Shown here: positions 51,182 through 59,036 of the stretch, piece after piece
How the letters are laid out: every line of letters starts with the position of its first letter
Numbering within the stretch: position 1 is the stretch's first letter
Assembly: GCA_036270795.1 (NCBI GenBank)
Contig: DATBBW010000111.1
Span: 1 to 59,036, forward strand
DNA from: Gemmatimonadales bacterium
Lineage (GTDB): Bacteria > Gemmatimonadota > Gemmatimonadetes > Gemmatimonadales > GWC2-71-9
Reading direction: 5' to 3'
DNA length: 59,036 nucleotides
The notes under the pieces: model-generated
What the model was told of the DNA's origin: nothing
Seen by the model: the letters and a program-made list of their open reading frames with translations, nothing else
Databases searched by the model: none
Program-made: the position numbers and the translations under genes

Positions 51182-51211
51182 GCGCCAGCCGCCGCCTTAA
51201 GCGGCTGGCGC
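51182..51211 (+). terminator. Intercistronic stem-loop between the precursor ORF and the kinase gene (attenuator or processing candidate)
   Basis: The arms gcgccagccgc (51182..51192) and gcggctggcgc (51201..51211) are exact reverse complements, with an 8-nt loop. There is no T-tract. Confidence 0.4.
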
Positions 51212-51233
51212 GCGTTCTGCGCCGGGTTCCACT

Positions 51234-52148
51234 GTGCCGACCCCCTTCCTCGTCTGCGACGATGCCCCCCTCCGAGCCAGCCTGACGGCATGGCTTGAGA
51301 AGGGAGGGCTCGCTCCGTCGACCGCCTTGACCCTCGTCGTTCAGGTCGGCGATCCACCGCCCCTCGACGCCGATGATCGCCCGGTGTTCCACCAGCCTGA
51401 CGTCCTCATTCGTTCCGGCCCCCCGCACGGCACGCTGACGCTGTCCTGGGAGCGGGCCCCGGCCCTGGCCGAGATCGCGCCCGGCACGCAGACCGCGCGC
51501 GTGACCCTGTCGCGGCTGGCGGTGGCGCGACTCCAGGAGTGCACCTGCACGTTTTTCATGGCGGTCTTGATCTTCCTCTTGCGGCGCGCGGGCTGGCACC
51601 ACGTGCACGCCGGCACGGCGATCGACCCGGCGGGGCGCGGCTGGCTGATCGCCGGCGATAGCGGGGCCGGAAAGTCGACGACTGCGGCGCTGTTCGCGTC
51701 GCATGGCTGGCAGGTCGGCACCGACGACGCCACGTTTCTCGCACCCGCGGGCGCACAGGTGGCCGCCGTGGCCTACCGCGCCCCCATCGCCTTGCGCCCG
51801 GACGCGCAGCGCGCGCTCGGCCGCTCCGGCGGGATCCCGGTCGCGGGGCGCCGCAAGGCGGCGTACTGGCCCGAAGACCTCGGGGGACGCTGGGCACCGA
51901 AGGTCGAACCCGAAATCGTGGCATTCACATCGGTGGGGGAAGGACCCACTCGGGCGGCGCGGCTCGGAGCGCGTGCGGCCTTGGCGCAGCTGGTGCGCTG
52001 GTCGGCCTGGGTGGTGCTCGAGCCCGACTTGGCCCAGGAGCACCTCGACTTGCTCGCGCGGCTCGCGCGACAGGCCCGGAGCTATCGCGTCAGCTTGGGG
52101 CCCGATCTCTTCACCGACGTGGCCGGCCTCCCCGACCTCGTTCGATGA
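51234..52148 (+). CDS. HPr-kinase-related serine kinase (lasso/RiPP-associated type)
   Basis: The P-loop GDSGAGKST sits in an HprK C-terminal-domain-like context (WLIAGDSGAGKSTTAALF). The protein is 304 aa with a GTG start. Confidence 0.75.
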   Translation: MPTPFLVCDDAPLRASLTAWLEKGGLAPSTALTLVVQVGDPPPLDADDRPVFHQPDVLIRSGPPHGTLTLSWERAPALAEIAPGTQTARVTLSRLAVARLQECTCTFFMAVLIFLLRRAGWHHVHAGTAIDPAGRGWLIAGDSGAGKSTTAALFASHGWQVGTDDATFLAPAGAQVAAVAYRAPIALRPDAQRALGRSGGIPVAGRRKAAYWPEDLGGRWAPKVEPEIVAFTSVGEGPTRAARLGARAALAQLVRWSAWVVLEPDLAQEHLDLLARLARQARSYRVSLGPDLFTDVAGLPDLVR

Positions 52149-52420
52149 CGGATCGCTACCGCCGCCACCACGACCTGCGGCTCGCCGCGCTCGAGGACGA
52201 GGGTGTGATCCTGCACCTGGGCTCGCGCAGCTACTTCACCGTGAGCGAAAGCGGCGTCCTCATCTTTGAGGCGCTCGCGACGCCCCACAGTGTCGAGGAG
52301 CTCGTCGCAGTCCTCCAGGCTCGCTACGAGGTCAATGCCGAGCAGGCCGAGGCGAGTGTGCGCGATTTCCTCGAGCGTTGCCGCGCCGCCGATCTGCTGG
52401 AAATCGAGGCAGGCGCGTGA
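52145..52420 (+). CDS. PqqD-family protein (RiPP recognition element, lasso B1-like)
   Basis: There is an ATGA overlap with the kinase gene. The 91-aa protein reads LRLAALEDEGVILHLGSRSYFTVSESGVLIFEAL...SVEELVAVLQARYEV...VRDFLERC, the typical PqqD pattern. Confidence 0.8.
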   Translation: MTDRYRRHHDLRLAALEDEGVILHLGSRSYFTVSESGVLIFEALATPHSVEELVAVLQARYEVNAEQAEASVRDFLERCRAADLLEIEAGA

Positions 52421-54144
52421 GCGCCTCGGCGTCGCTTCCCTGGGCGTGGCGGCTCCGCGCGGTGCTTACGATGGCAATCGTCCCCCCCCTCCTGCACGTC
52501 ATGTCGTTTGCGCGGATCGCCTCGTGGCTCGGCGGACGTCCGCGGTGGGCCGCCCCCTCCGTCGCTGGGTTGCGCGACGACGTGCTGGCACACTGGGTGG
52601 ATGCGCTGCTGCGGCACTGGCCTCCGCCATGGCGGTATACGTGTCTCAAGCGCGCCGCGGTGCTCTATCATCTGCTGCGCCGGGCCGGTCGGCCGGTGGA
52701 GCTGCGGATCGGCGTGCGGCGTGCCGGCGGCACGGGCGGTGCGCTCGCGGCGCACGCCTGGTTGGTGCGGGATGGCGTTCCCTATCTCGAGCCCCAGTCG
52801 GGACAGCCGTCCCTTCATGCGGTCATCGTCCGTCTGCCGGAAGGAAGCGGAGTGAAATCTCTGGCCGACGATCCTGCGCAACTCCTGCTCGAGACGCTGC
52901 GACTCCAGAGCGAGCGCAGTCGGGACGAGCTGCGCACGGCGTGGGCGAACGCCCGTACGGACGGGCTCGCCCGCCTCGTCGCGTTCGAGGGATGCGCGCT
53001 CTGGTTGGCGCACCGCCTGGCGCGGATCGACGCGCGCCTGCTGTTGCCGTTCGACTTCGCGAACTGGTTGCAGCGGCGGGTGCGCAAAGAGGTTGCGCGC
53101 AATCTGCTCGTCGGCGCCCAGGTGGACGCGCTCGCCGGCGTCTTCGCCGCCGACGGGATTCCCTACGTACTGCTTAAGGGCGCCGCCCGGCAGGCGTTAG
53201 GGGATGCCTTAGCGTACGCCGCGGTGCGTTCGATGCGCGACGTCGATGTCTTGGTGCCGGCGGCCCGCGCCCCGGAAGCCTGGCATCAGCTGCGCCGCCG
53301 CGGCTACGAACGCGCCGCTCCGCCGGGCGCGACCCCGACCCTCCACCACCACTTCCCGCCGTTATGGGATCGGGCCCGCATTACGGTCGAGCTACATACC
53401 TCTACCTCGCGCCGCCTGCCCCCGCTCGCGGCATGGCGCCGCGCGATCTGCGCGGCGCGCACGGTGGAGCGTGAGGGGCGTACCCTTCCCGTCCCTTCAG
53501 ACACCGAGCTGCTATGGCATGCGATCACCCACGGGCTCGATCAGCAGGCGCGCGCCTTTCGCCTGCAGCCACTCCTCGACGTGGCGCTGCTCTGCGCGAG
53601 CGGCGCCGAGATCGACTGGGGAGTGATCGTGGCACGGTTCGCCGGGGACGAGATCGAACACCATCCGCGCGCCATCGCCTGGCTTCGCGCGGCGAGCTGG
53701 CTCGTCGGTCGACCGCTACCACCGGAACTCTCGACGGGGCTCCCCCCGTTCGAGTTAGGGCGCGCGCTGCGGTGGCGGCTGGCGGTGTTCAGGCACACCG
53801 ACGCCGGCAGTCGGAGCGGCGAGCGGTTGTTAGAGGAAGGCATGCGCTGCGAGATCGGGCTTGGCTTGTCGCCCGCCGTCCGCGGTGCCGGGATCGGCCA
53901 GCGAACCCGTGGCCACGTCGCGGCCTCCGCGGCGCAGGGTATGTACCGTGCGTGGCGCGTCGCCGAACGCCTAGCTCGACCCGAGGCGCCACTGGTGCGC
54001 CAGCCGCACGATACCGACGCCCTCCGCCTCGCTGTGGCTCACCCGGAACCGGGCCGCACGCTTCACAACGAACATGGGCCTTTGGGCGAGACGATGCTCG
54101 AGCACCAGCACGTGCAGCGCGTAGACACCGCGGCTCAGGCTTAG
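52417..54144 (+). CDS. Fusion: lasso-type B2 transglutaminase-like cysteine protease (N-terminal) plus uncharacterised nucleotidyltransferase family (C-terminal)
   Basis: There is a GTGA overlap with the PqqD gene. The B2 part is RYTCLKRAAVLYHLLRRAG...ELRIGV...AHAWLVRDGVPYLEP (Cys and His). The NTase part is IPYVLLKGAA...MRDVDVLVP...HHHFPPLWD...VELHTS. Confidence 0.75.
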   Translation: MSASASLPWAWRLRAVLTMAIVPPLLHVMSFARIASWLGGRPRWAAPSVAGLRDDVLAHWVDALLRHWPPPWRYTCLKRAAVLYHLLRRAGRPVELRIGVRRAGGTGGALAAHAWLVRDGVPYLEPQSGQPSLHAVIVRLPEGSGVKSLADDPAQLLLETLRLQSERSRDELRTAWANARTDGLARLVAFEGCALWLAHRLARIDARLLLPFDFANWLQRRVRKEVARNLLVGAQVDALAGVFAADGIPYVLLKGAARQALGDALAYAAVRSMRDVDVLVPAARAPEAWHQLRRRGYERAAPPGATPTLHHHFPPLWDRARITVELHTSTSRRLPPLAAWRRAICAARTVEREGRTLPVPSDTELLWHAITHGLDQQARAFRLQPLLDVALLCASGAEIDWGVIVARFAGDEIEHHPRAIAWLRAASWLVGRPLPPELSTGLPPFELGRALRWRLAVFRHTDAGSRSGERLLEEGMRCEIGLGLSPAVRGAGIGQRTRGHVAASAAQGMYRAWRVAERLARPEAPLVRQPHDTDALRLAVAHPEPGRTLHNEHGPLGETMLEHQHVQRVDTAAQA

Positions 54145-55182
54145 CCGCTGATACGCGAGCTCAAGCGTCACCGTCTCACCCGCCCGGGCAGTGATCTCGA
54201 TGCCCTGGCGGTTCGAACGGGTGCCGTGCAGCACGTGCCAATCTCGAGCGAGCTGAACGCCGACCACCGCGCCTCGCACGGCGCGCACCGCTCGTAGGCG
54301 AATCCGCACGGTGAGCGGCTGGTCCACGGTGTAGACCGGCGACGCTCCTCCTGGCGCATCGACGAGGTCGACGGCCTCGATGACCAGAGACGCGTGGTTT
54401 GGGTCGCCTTCCCCGGCGAGCGTGTGCGCAGCCGCGGCGTCGGCCTCGATCACGCGGTCGTACACTTCAAACGCCTCCTCCGGCGTCCCCGTGCGCGCGA
54501 CCCGGCCTCGATGCAGGAGGACGGCTTGGTCACACAACTGCTCGATGAGATAGCGGTCGTGCGAGACGAGCACGAGCGTGGTGCCGCCTGCCTGGAACGC
54601 CAGGATACGCTCGAGACAGCGGTCCCGAAACGCCGCGTCGCCCACCGCGAGGGCCTCGTCGATGAGCAAGATGTCCGGCTCGACGTGCGCGGCGATGGCG
54701 AAGCCTAGCCGCAGCGACATGCCCGCGGAATAGAACTTGACCGGGACGTCGGCGAACGCTTCGAGCTCGGCGAAGCGGAAGATCGCGTCGAGCTTGGTGC
54801 GCAGCTGGTGCCGGTCCAATCCCAACACCGCGCCTTGGAGGAAGACGTTCTCGCGCCCCGTGAGATCCCCATGGAAGCCGCCCCCCAGATGCGTGAGCAA
54901 CGCGAGGCGGCCCGTCACGTCGATGGTCCCGCGGGTCGGCACCATCATCCCGGCGATCAGTTTGAGCATCGTGGACTTGCCAGAGCCGTTCGCGCCCATT
55001 ACGGCGCAGGTCGTGCCCCGCGCGATCCCGAACGACACATCCTCGAGCGCCCAGAAGGCGCGGCGCAGCGGTGCCACTCCGTCCCCGCGCCAGGGCCACA
55101 GGCCCAACGTCAGGTCTCCCAACGAGCGACCGCGCAGGCGGAAGCGCTTCCACACGCCCACGGCGGCGATGGCATCGGTCAT
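53971..55182 (-). CDS. wzt: ABC transporter ATP-binding protein, Wzt/TagH type, with a C-terminal beta-sandwich extension
   Basis: Walker A is GANGSGKST, the signature is YSAGMSLRLGF, and Walker B is ILLIDEALAVGD. A C-terminal domain of about 150 aa follows the NBD. Confidence 0.88.
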   Translation of the reverse strand: MTDAIAAVGVWKRFRLRGRSLGDLTLGLWPWRGDGVAPLRRAFWALEDVSFGIARGTTCAVMGANGSGKSTMLKLIAGMMVPTRGTIDVTGRLALLTHLGGGFHGDLTGRENVFLQGAVLGLDRHQLRTKLDAIFRFAELEAFADVPVKFYSAGMSLRLGFAIAAHVEPDILLIDEALAVGDAAFRDRCLERILAFQAGGTTLVLVSHDRYLIEQLCDQAVLLHRGRVARTGTPEEAFEVYDRVIEADAAAAHTLAGEGDPNHASLVIEAVDLVDAPGGASPVYTVDQPLTVRIRLRAVRAVRGAVVGVQLARDWHVLHGTRSNRQGIEITARAGETVTLELAYQRLSLSRGVYALHVLVLEHRLAQRPMFVVKRAARFRVSHSEAEGVGIVRLAHQWRLGSS

Positions 55183-55185
55183 GCC

Positions 55186-56019
55186 CTAGACGGACTCGGG
55201 AAAGAAGGGCTCGGTGACGCGGAACAGCAGCACGCCCACGACCAGCAGCACGGTCCCCGCCCCGAACGGATAGAGCAGACTTGCCAGGGCCGGCGGGCGT
55301 CCGCCGAAGAGCGCCGTGCGCGCGCCTTCGAATACGGCGACCAGTGGGTTGAGATCGTACAGTGCGCGGTAGTGCGTCGGCACAGCCGAGGACGCGTAGA
55401 CGACGGGGGTTATCAGCAGCCAGAGACGGACACCGACATCGACCAGGTGGCTGAAGTCGTGGTAGAAGACGTTCAGGGCCGAACAGATCAGCGTCAACCC
55501 AGTGACGATCATCACGAGCACCACGGCGACGGGGAGCAACCACAAGGCCGCGAAGGACGGGAGCGCGGTGCGGTAGGCGATTAGGAGCACTGCGAGCAGC
55601 AGACCCGCGACCATGGCATCGACCATGGCTGCCGCGAGGGCCGCGAGCGGAATCGTCGCCTTGGGGAAGGGCGTGCGCGATACGAGCGCCGCGTGGGCCG
55701 TGATGCTGCGCGTCCCGCGCGGCAGTCCGCCGGCCACGTAGGTCCACAGGACAACCCCGGTGTACGCGAAGAGGGGATAGGGGATGTCGCCGGAAGGCGC
55801 CTTGAGGAAAGAGCCGAAGACGATGACGTAGACAACGAGTTCTCCCAGCGGTCGGCCGAGTGCCCACAGCGCGCCGAGGAATGTCTGGCGGTAGCGCGTC
55901 TTCAAGTCCCGCACAGTCAACTGATAGGTCAGAAAGGCGAATTGCGAAATGGTTGCCACGCGGGCTTTCACAGGCGGCACGATTCGACCAAAGCTAACAG
56001 CCGAGCGAAGACCGTACAA
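55186..56019 (-). CDS. wzm: ABC-2 type polysaccharide/polyol-phosphate export permease (Wzm)
   Basis: The N-terminal motif is LTVRDLKTRYRQTFLGALWALGRPL, followed by 6 TM helices. The stop is 3 nt before the wzt ATG. The start is uncertain (TTG 56019 or GTG 55971). Confidence 0.85.
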   Translation of the reverse strand: MYGLRSAVSFGRIVPPVKARVATISQFAFLTYQLTVRDLKTRYRQTFLGALWALGRPLGELVVYVIVFGSFLKAPSGDIPYPLFAYTGVVLWTYVAGGLPRGTRSITAHAALVSRTPFPKATIPLAALAAAMVDAMVAGLLLAVLLIAYRTALPSFAALWLLPVAVVLVMIVTGLTLICSALNVFYHDFSHLVDVGVRLWLLITPVVYASSAVPTHYRALYDLNPLVAVFEGARTALFGGRPPALASLLYPFGAGTVLLVVGVLLFRVTEPFFPESV

Positions 56020-56169
56020 ATGCAGGACACTCGGCTGCTTCGTCCGCGCCGCGTGGCGTAACCCGTGGTGAATCGAATGGCCAGGCAGAGACTCGAAGGG
56101 GACATCGAGATCGAGGGGCGACGGGCAGGCCGTGACAGTCGTGTCGCGCGACTCGGGTCGGCGGCCACG

Positions 56170-57180
56170 TCACGTGGCGGCCGGTGCCCGACGGGAACTC
56201 GCGGCGCGGGCGGCCGCGGCGAACCGCTGCACAATCTCCCCCGTCGGCTCAATGCTCCTAATCCCGCTCACGCTCTTGCCGGCCTGCCAGTAATCCTTGG
56301 ACGACGGCCCGGCGACGTGGCCCCGCTTGAGCCGCCACGCGGAGTTGAGCGCGTAGAGGGCCCGCATCCAGTGCTTGGTGCGGCGGCCGCGCAGCAGCCA
56401 GCGCGCCAGCGGACCGGCCTTCAGGCCCACGCGCGCCACGTGCGGCGTGCGAATCACGGCGAGCGGGACGCCGGTGACGCGCTCGGTCAGCACGATGTCG
56501 TCCTCTGCGGCGGCGACAATGGCGCGTTTGTAGTCGAGGTGGGCGGTGCACTCGGTCGTCGCGATGAAGCGCGTGCCGAGCTGCGCACCGGCGTACCCCA
56601 GCTCGAGCGCCGCGACGAATCCCGCGGCATCGCCGATGCCGCCGGCGCACACGAGCGGCACCCCCAGGTCCCCGAGCTCGTCGCGCAGCTGCTCGGCGCT
56701 GCGCGGCCCCGCGTGCCCGCCGGCCCGGTTATTGACGGCGATGAGCCCCCGCACGCCCGACTCGAGGCCCTTGAGTGCCCACTTCCGCTCCGTCACGTCG
56801 TGGTAGACGAGCCCACCGACCGGGCGGACGTGATCGACCACCCAGCGTGGCTTGCCGAGCGACGTAATAAAAAAGCGCACGCCTTCCTCAAGCGCGACAT
56901 CCACCCACCGCTTCATCCGGTCGAGGTACAGCTTGGACGACTGCTCGATGAGCACGTTCATCCCGATGGGCCGGGACGTGAGACGCCGGATCAGCCGCAG
57001 CCCCTCGCGCAGGTCGTGGCCATGCACATACACCAGGGAGAGCGGCTGCACGATGCCGATGCCACCGGCCTCCGACACGGCGGCCACGAGCTCGGGATTG
57101 GAGCACGGGAACATGGCGCCGCCAATGAGCGGCACGGCCACCCGCGCGTCCCGCGTGAGCGGGGTGTCGAGCGAGATCAC
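56170..57180 (-). CDS. Nitronate monooxygenase / FabK-like FMN oxidoreductase family protein
   Basis: Motifs are [39 protein letters not shown] and [11 protein letters not shown]. The GTG start overlaps the upstream stop (GTGA). Confidence 0.8.
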   Translation of the reverse strand: MISLDTPLTRDARVAVPLIGGAMFPCSNPELVAAVSEAGGIGIVQPLSLVYVHGHDLREGLRLIRRLTSRPIGMNVLIEQSSKLYLDRMKRWVDVALEEGVRFFITSLGKPRWVVDHVRPVGGLVYHDVTERKWALKGLESGVRGLIAVNNRAGGHAGPRSAEQLRDELGDLGVPLVCAGGIGDAAGFVAALELGYAGAQLGTRFIATTECTAHLDYKRAIVAAAEDDIVLTERVTGVPLAVIRTPHVARVGLKAGPLARWLLRGRRTKHWMRALYALNSAWRLKRGHVAGPSSKDYWQAGKSVSGIRSIEPTGEIVQRFAAAARAASSRRAPAAT

Positions 57181-57665
57181 GCCGGCGGCACCGGCCCGAT
57201 GCGCCACCGCACCGTGGCGCGCGCCACGACGTCCCCCGCCGCATCCGTGATGACCGACGGGTAGTCGTACTCGGCTGCGCGGGTGGCGGCGGGCGCGGCA
57301 CAACGCGCTTCGGCGGTGAGCGTGCCCCGCGCCTTCTTCAAGAACGTGATCGAGAGCGCGATCGGGATGCCCCGCACGGTCGCCGGCAGGCCGAGGGTCA
57401 CTGCGAGACCGCTCGTGACCTCGGCGAGGTTCGCCAGCGCTACGGCGTGCACCGAGTCGAGATGATTGCGGACCTGTCGGCGGTCCACCATCTGGACCTT
57501 CGCATACCCCGGCGCGAGCTCGAGGACCCGGGGGCGCACGGTCCCGGTGTAGGGGACCAGGCGGCCGAGCAGCCAGCTGAAGAGCCGCCGGCCCCCGGGC
57601 AGTGGGGCGAGTCGCTCCCACCAGACGCCGAGCCGCGTCGCCGGGCTCGCCCGAGGCGTGGTCAT
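57177..57665 (-). CDS. Hotdog-fold (DUF4442/PaaI-like thioesterase) protein
   Basis: The protein is 162 aa. Motifs are [24 protein letters not shown] and GTLTAEARC. Confidence 0.65.
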   Translation of the reverse strand: MTTPRASPATRLGVWWERLAPLPGGRRLFSWLLGRLVPYTGTVRPRVLELAPGYAKVQMVDRRQVRNHLDSVHAVALANLAEVTSGLAVTLGLPATVRGIPIALSITFLKKARGTLTAEARCAAPAATRAAEYDYPSVITDAAGDVVARATVRWRIGPVPPA

Positions 57666-57747
57666 GGGCGAATTCTAAGCCACAGGGAGGATGTCCGAGC
57701 GGCGGCCACCGCCCAGCGGGCACCCCGGCGCCCCGCGTGGCGCGCTG

Positions 57748-59036
57748 CTAAGGGGTCCGGGCCGACACGCCGTTGCCCAGCAGGTAGCGCTCGACGAACA
57801 ACAGCGTGGCGTAGAACTGGAAGTCCTGGTTCGCCTTCTTGCGGAACCCGTGACCCTCGTCCTTGGCCATCAGGTACCACACCGGCACCCCGCGTTGCTT
57901 GAGCGCCGCCACCATCTGTTCGGACTCGGTGCGGGGGACACGAGGGTCGTTCATTCCTGCGACAATGAACAGTGGCTTCGTCACCTTGGCGACGTTGGTG
58001 AGCGGCGCCGTGCGCTCCATCCACGCCCGGATCGTCGAGTCACGCTCGTCGCCATATTCGACCCGCCGCAGGTCCTGACGGTAGCCCGAGGTGTGCGCGA
58101 GGAACGTCGCCAGGTTCGACATCCCCACCACGTCCACCGAACAGCAGATCCGGTCGTCGTACCGGGTGGCGGTCACGAGGGTCATGTGGCCGCCGTAGCT
58201 GCCCCCGGTGATGAGCACGCGGTCGGCGTCGAGCTCGGGCCGCGCCCGGATCCAGTCGAGCAGGGCGCCGATATCGCGGTACGCGCCTTCGCGGAGCACG
58301 CCGTTGTCGAGCTTCACGAAGGTCTTGCCGTAGCCCGTCGAACCCCGGATGTTGGGGAAGACGAGGGCGACGCCGAGCTCTTGCAGGTAATAGTTGTTGC
58401 GACCCAGGAATCCCGGCCGCGACTGGCCCTCGGGCCCGCCGTGGATGTTCACGATCACCGGCCGGCGTCCCGAAAACCGCGCCGGCGGCTTGTAGAGGAA
58501 GCCCGCAACGGCGTGGCCGTCGAAGCTCGTCCAGTGGACCAGCTCGGGCCGGGCGAAGCCGCTCGGCTGGAGCCCGGCCGTCTCGCTCTCAGTCCAGCGC
58601 ACCAGCTGGCCGCGCGCCAAGTCGAGGGAGTACGCATCCGCGGTGGTCTGCGCGGAGCTGTAGGTGAAGCCGAGCTCGGCGCCGCTGCGGCGCCAGCGCA
58701 GCCCGCCGATCAGCCCGGGGGGGAGCGTCGGCACCCGCCGCTCCACCCCGGTCTGGGCGTTCGCCACGTGCAACACGCTGCTCCCGTCCTCGTTGGTCAC
58801 GAACGCGATCAAGCGCCCGTCGGGCGCGACATCGAACTCCTCCACGTCCCACGGGATGGCGGTGGTGAGGAAGCGGTAGCGCCGGGTGCTGAGGTCCAGG
58901 TAGGCGAGCCGGTGGAACTCCGCGCCGAGGTCCGTCGTGAGGTAGAGACCCGCACCGTCGCGGCTGAAGCGGGGGGCACCGTAAGCGACGGTGTCCGCGT
59001 CCACGGGCGCCGTGAGCAGGGTCTTCTCGCCCCGGT
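57748..59036 (-). CDS. S9-family serine peptidase (beta-propeller + alpha/beta-hydrolase); 5' end lies outside the window
   Basis: The catalytic Ser motif is ITGGSYGGHMT. Other features are IVNIHGGPEGQ, the Asp in AGMNDPRVP, and GHGF. The frame stays open to the window edge. Confidence 0.88.
   Translation of the reverse strand, partial: RGEKTLLTAPVDADTVAYGAPRFSRDGAGLYLTTDLGAEFHRLAYLDLSTRRYRFLTTAIPWDVEEFDVAPDGRLIAFVTNEDGSSVLHVANAQTGVERRVPTLPPGLIGGLRWRRSGAELGFTYSSAQTTADAYSLDLARGQLVRWTESETAGLQPSGFARPELVHWTSFDGHAVAGFLYKPPARFSGRRPVIVNIHGGPEGQSRPGFLGRNNYYLQELGVALVFPNIRGSTGYGKTFVKLDNGVLREGAYRDIGALLDWIRARPELDADRVLITGGSYGGHMTLVTATRYDDRICCSVDVVGMSNLATFLAHTSGYRQDLRRVEYGDERDSTIRAWMERTAPLTNVAKVTKPLFIVAGMNDPRVPRTESEQMVAALKQRGVPVWYLMAKDEGHGFRKKANQDFQFYATLLFVERYLLGNGVSARTP

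Noticed and set aside
1-59036. A search for CRISPR arrays, tRNA/rRNA genes, IS elements, transposases, integrases, phage genes, toxin-antitoxin pairs and known defence systems.
   Set aside because: I found none by eye. There are no short regularly spaced repeats, no tRNA-like T-arm/acceptor sequences, no DDE/recombinase-like ORFs and no terminal inverted repeats flanking any block.

Overview
Very GC-rich bacterial chromosomal window with Gram-negative-type envelope genes. I saw no rRNA, tRNA, CRISPR array or IS/transposase. Many long ORFs in the supplied track are antisense or N-terminally over-extended artefacts of the GC content; I resolved about 50 genes.

Layout:
(i) 1-5.1 kb: a tandem family of lipoproteins sharing an uncharacterised ~250-aa C-terminal domain. 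One member also carries 3 FN3-like and 2 Big_2-like near-identical repeats.
(ii) 5.2-36.5 kb: a large Wzx/Wzy-type exopolysaccharide locus. It holds Wzy-like polymerase, Wzx flippase, Wzc chain-length/tyrosine kinase, a small Wza-like exporter, a priming sugar transferase and three GTs. It also holds an AsnB-type amidotransferase, an ATP-grasp enzyme, two FemAB/CelD-like acyltransferases, a DegT-like enzyme, a deacetylase, O-acyltransferase, SGNH hydrolase, methyltransferase, glmS and wecB. Embedded in it are a histidine kinase / sigma-54 response regulator pair and a degenerate REC-GGDEF protein.
(iii) 36.5-42.4 kb: an ~870-bp non-coding region with two perfect sigma-54 promoters, then an RsbR-RsbS-RsbT-RsbX stressosome-like module. 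The module is translationally coupled to a sigma-54 enhancer-binding protein with a pseudo-receiver domain and to a TPR protein, instead of to any sigma-B partner-switching genes.
(iv) 42.4-50.7 kb: mixed genes. These are a small lipoprotein, a DDAH-like pseudogene remnant, a Tat-exported amidase, a sigma-54-promoted lipoprotein plus secreted-protein pair, tag, a quinone oxidoreductase, a YVTN beta-propeller protein and an SDR.
(v) 50.7-54.1 kb: a sigma-54-promoted, lasso-peptide-like RiPP cassette that lacks a lasso cyclase. It encodes a 47-aa precursor with a lasso-type leader motif, an HPr-kinase-like kinase, a PqqD/RRE protein, and a B2 protease fused to a nucleotidyltransferase.
(vi) 54-59 kb: a Wzm/Wzt ABC-2 glycan exporter, a nitronate monooxygenase-like enzyme, a hotdog-fold protein and a partial S9 peptidase.

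Cross-cutting theme: at least six strong TGGCAC-N5-TTGC sigma-54 promoters and two sigma-54 activators lie in this one window. The two items most worth follow-up are the cyclase-less RiPP cassette and the stressosome-to-sigma-54 operon.
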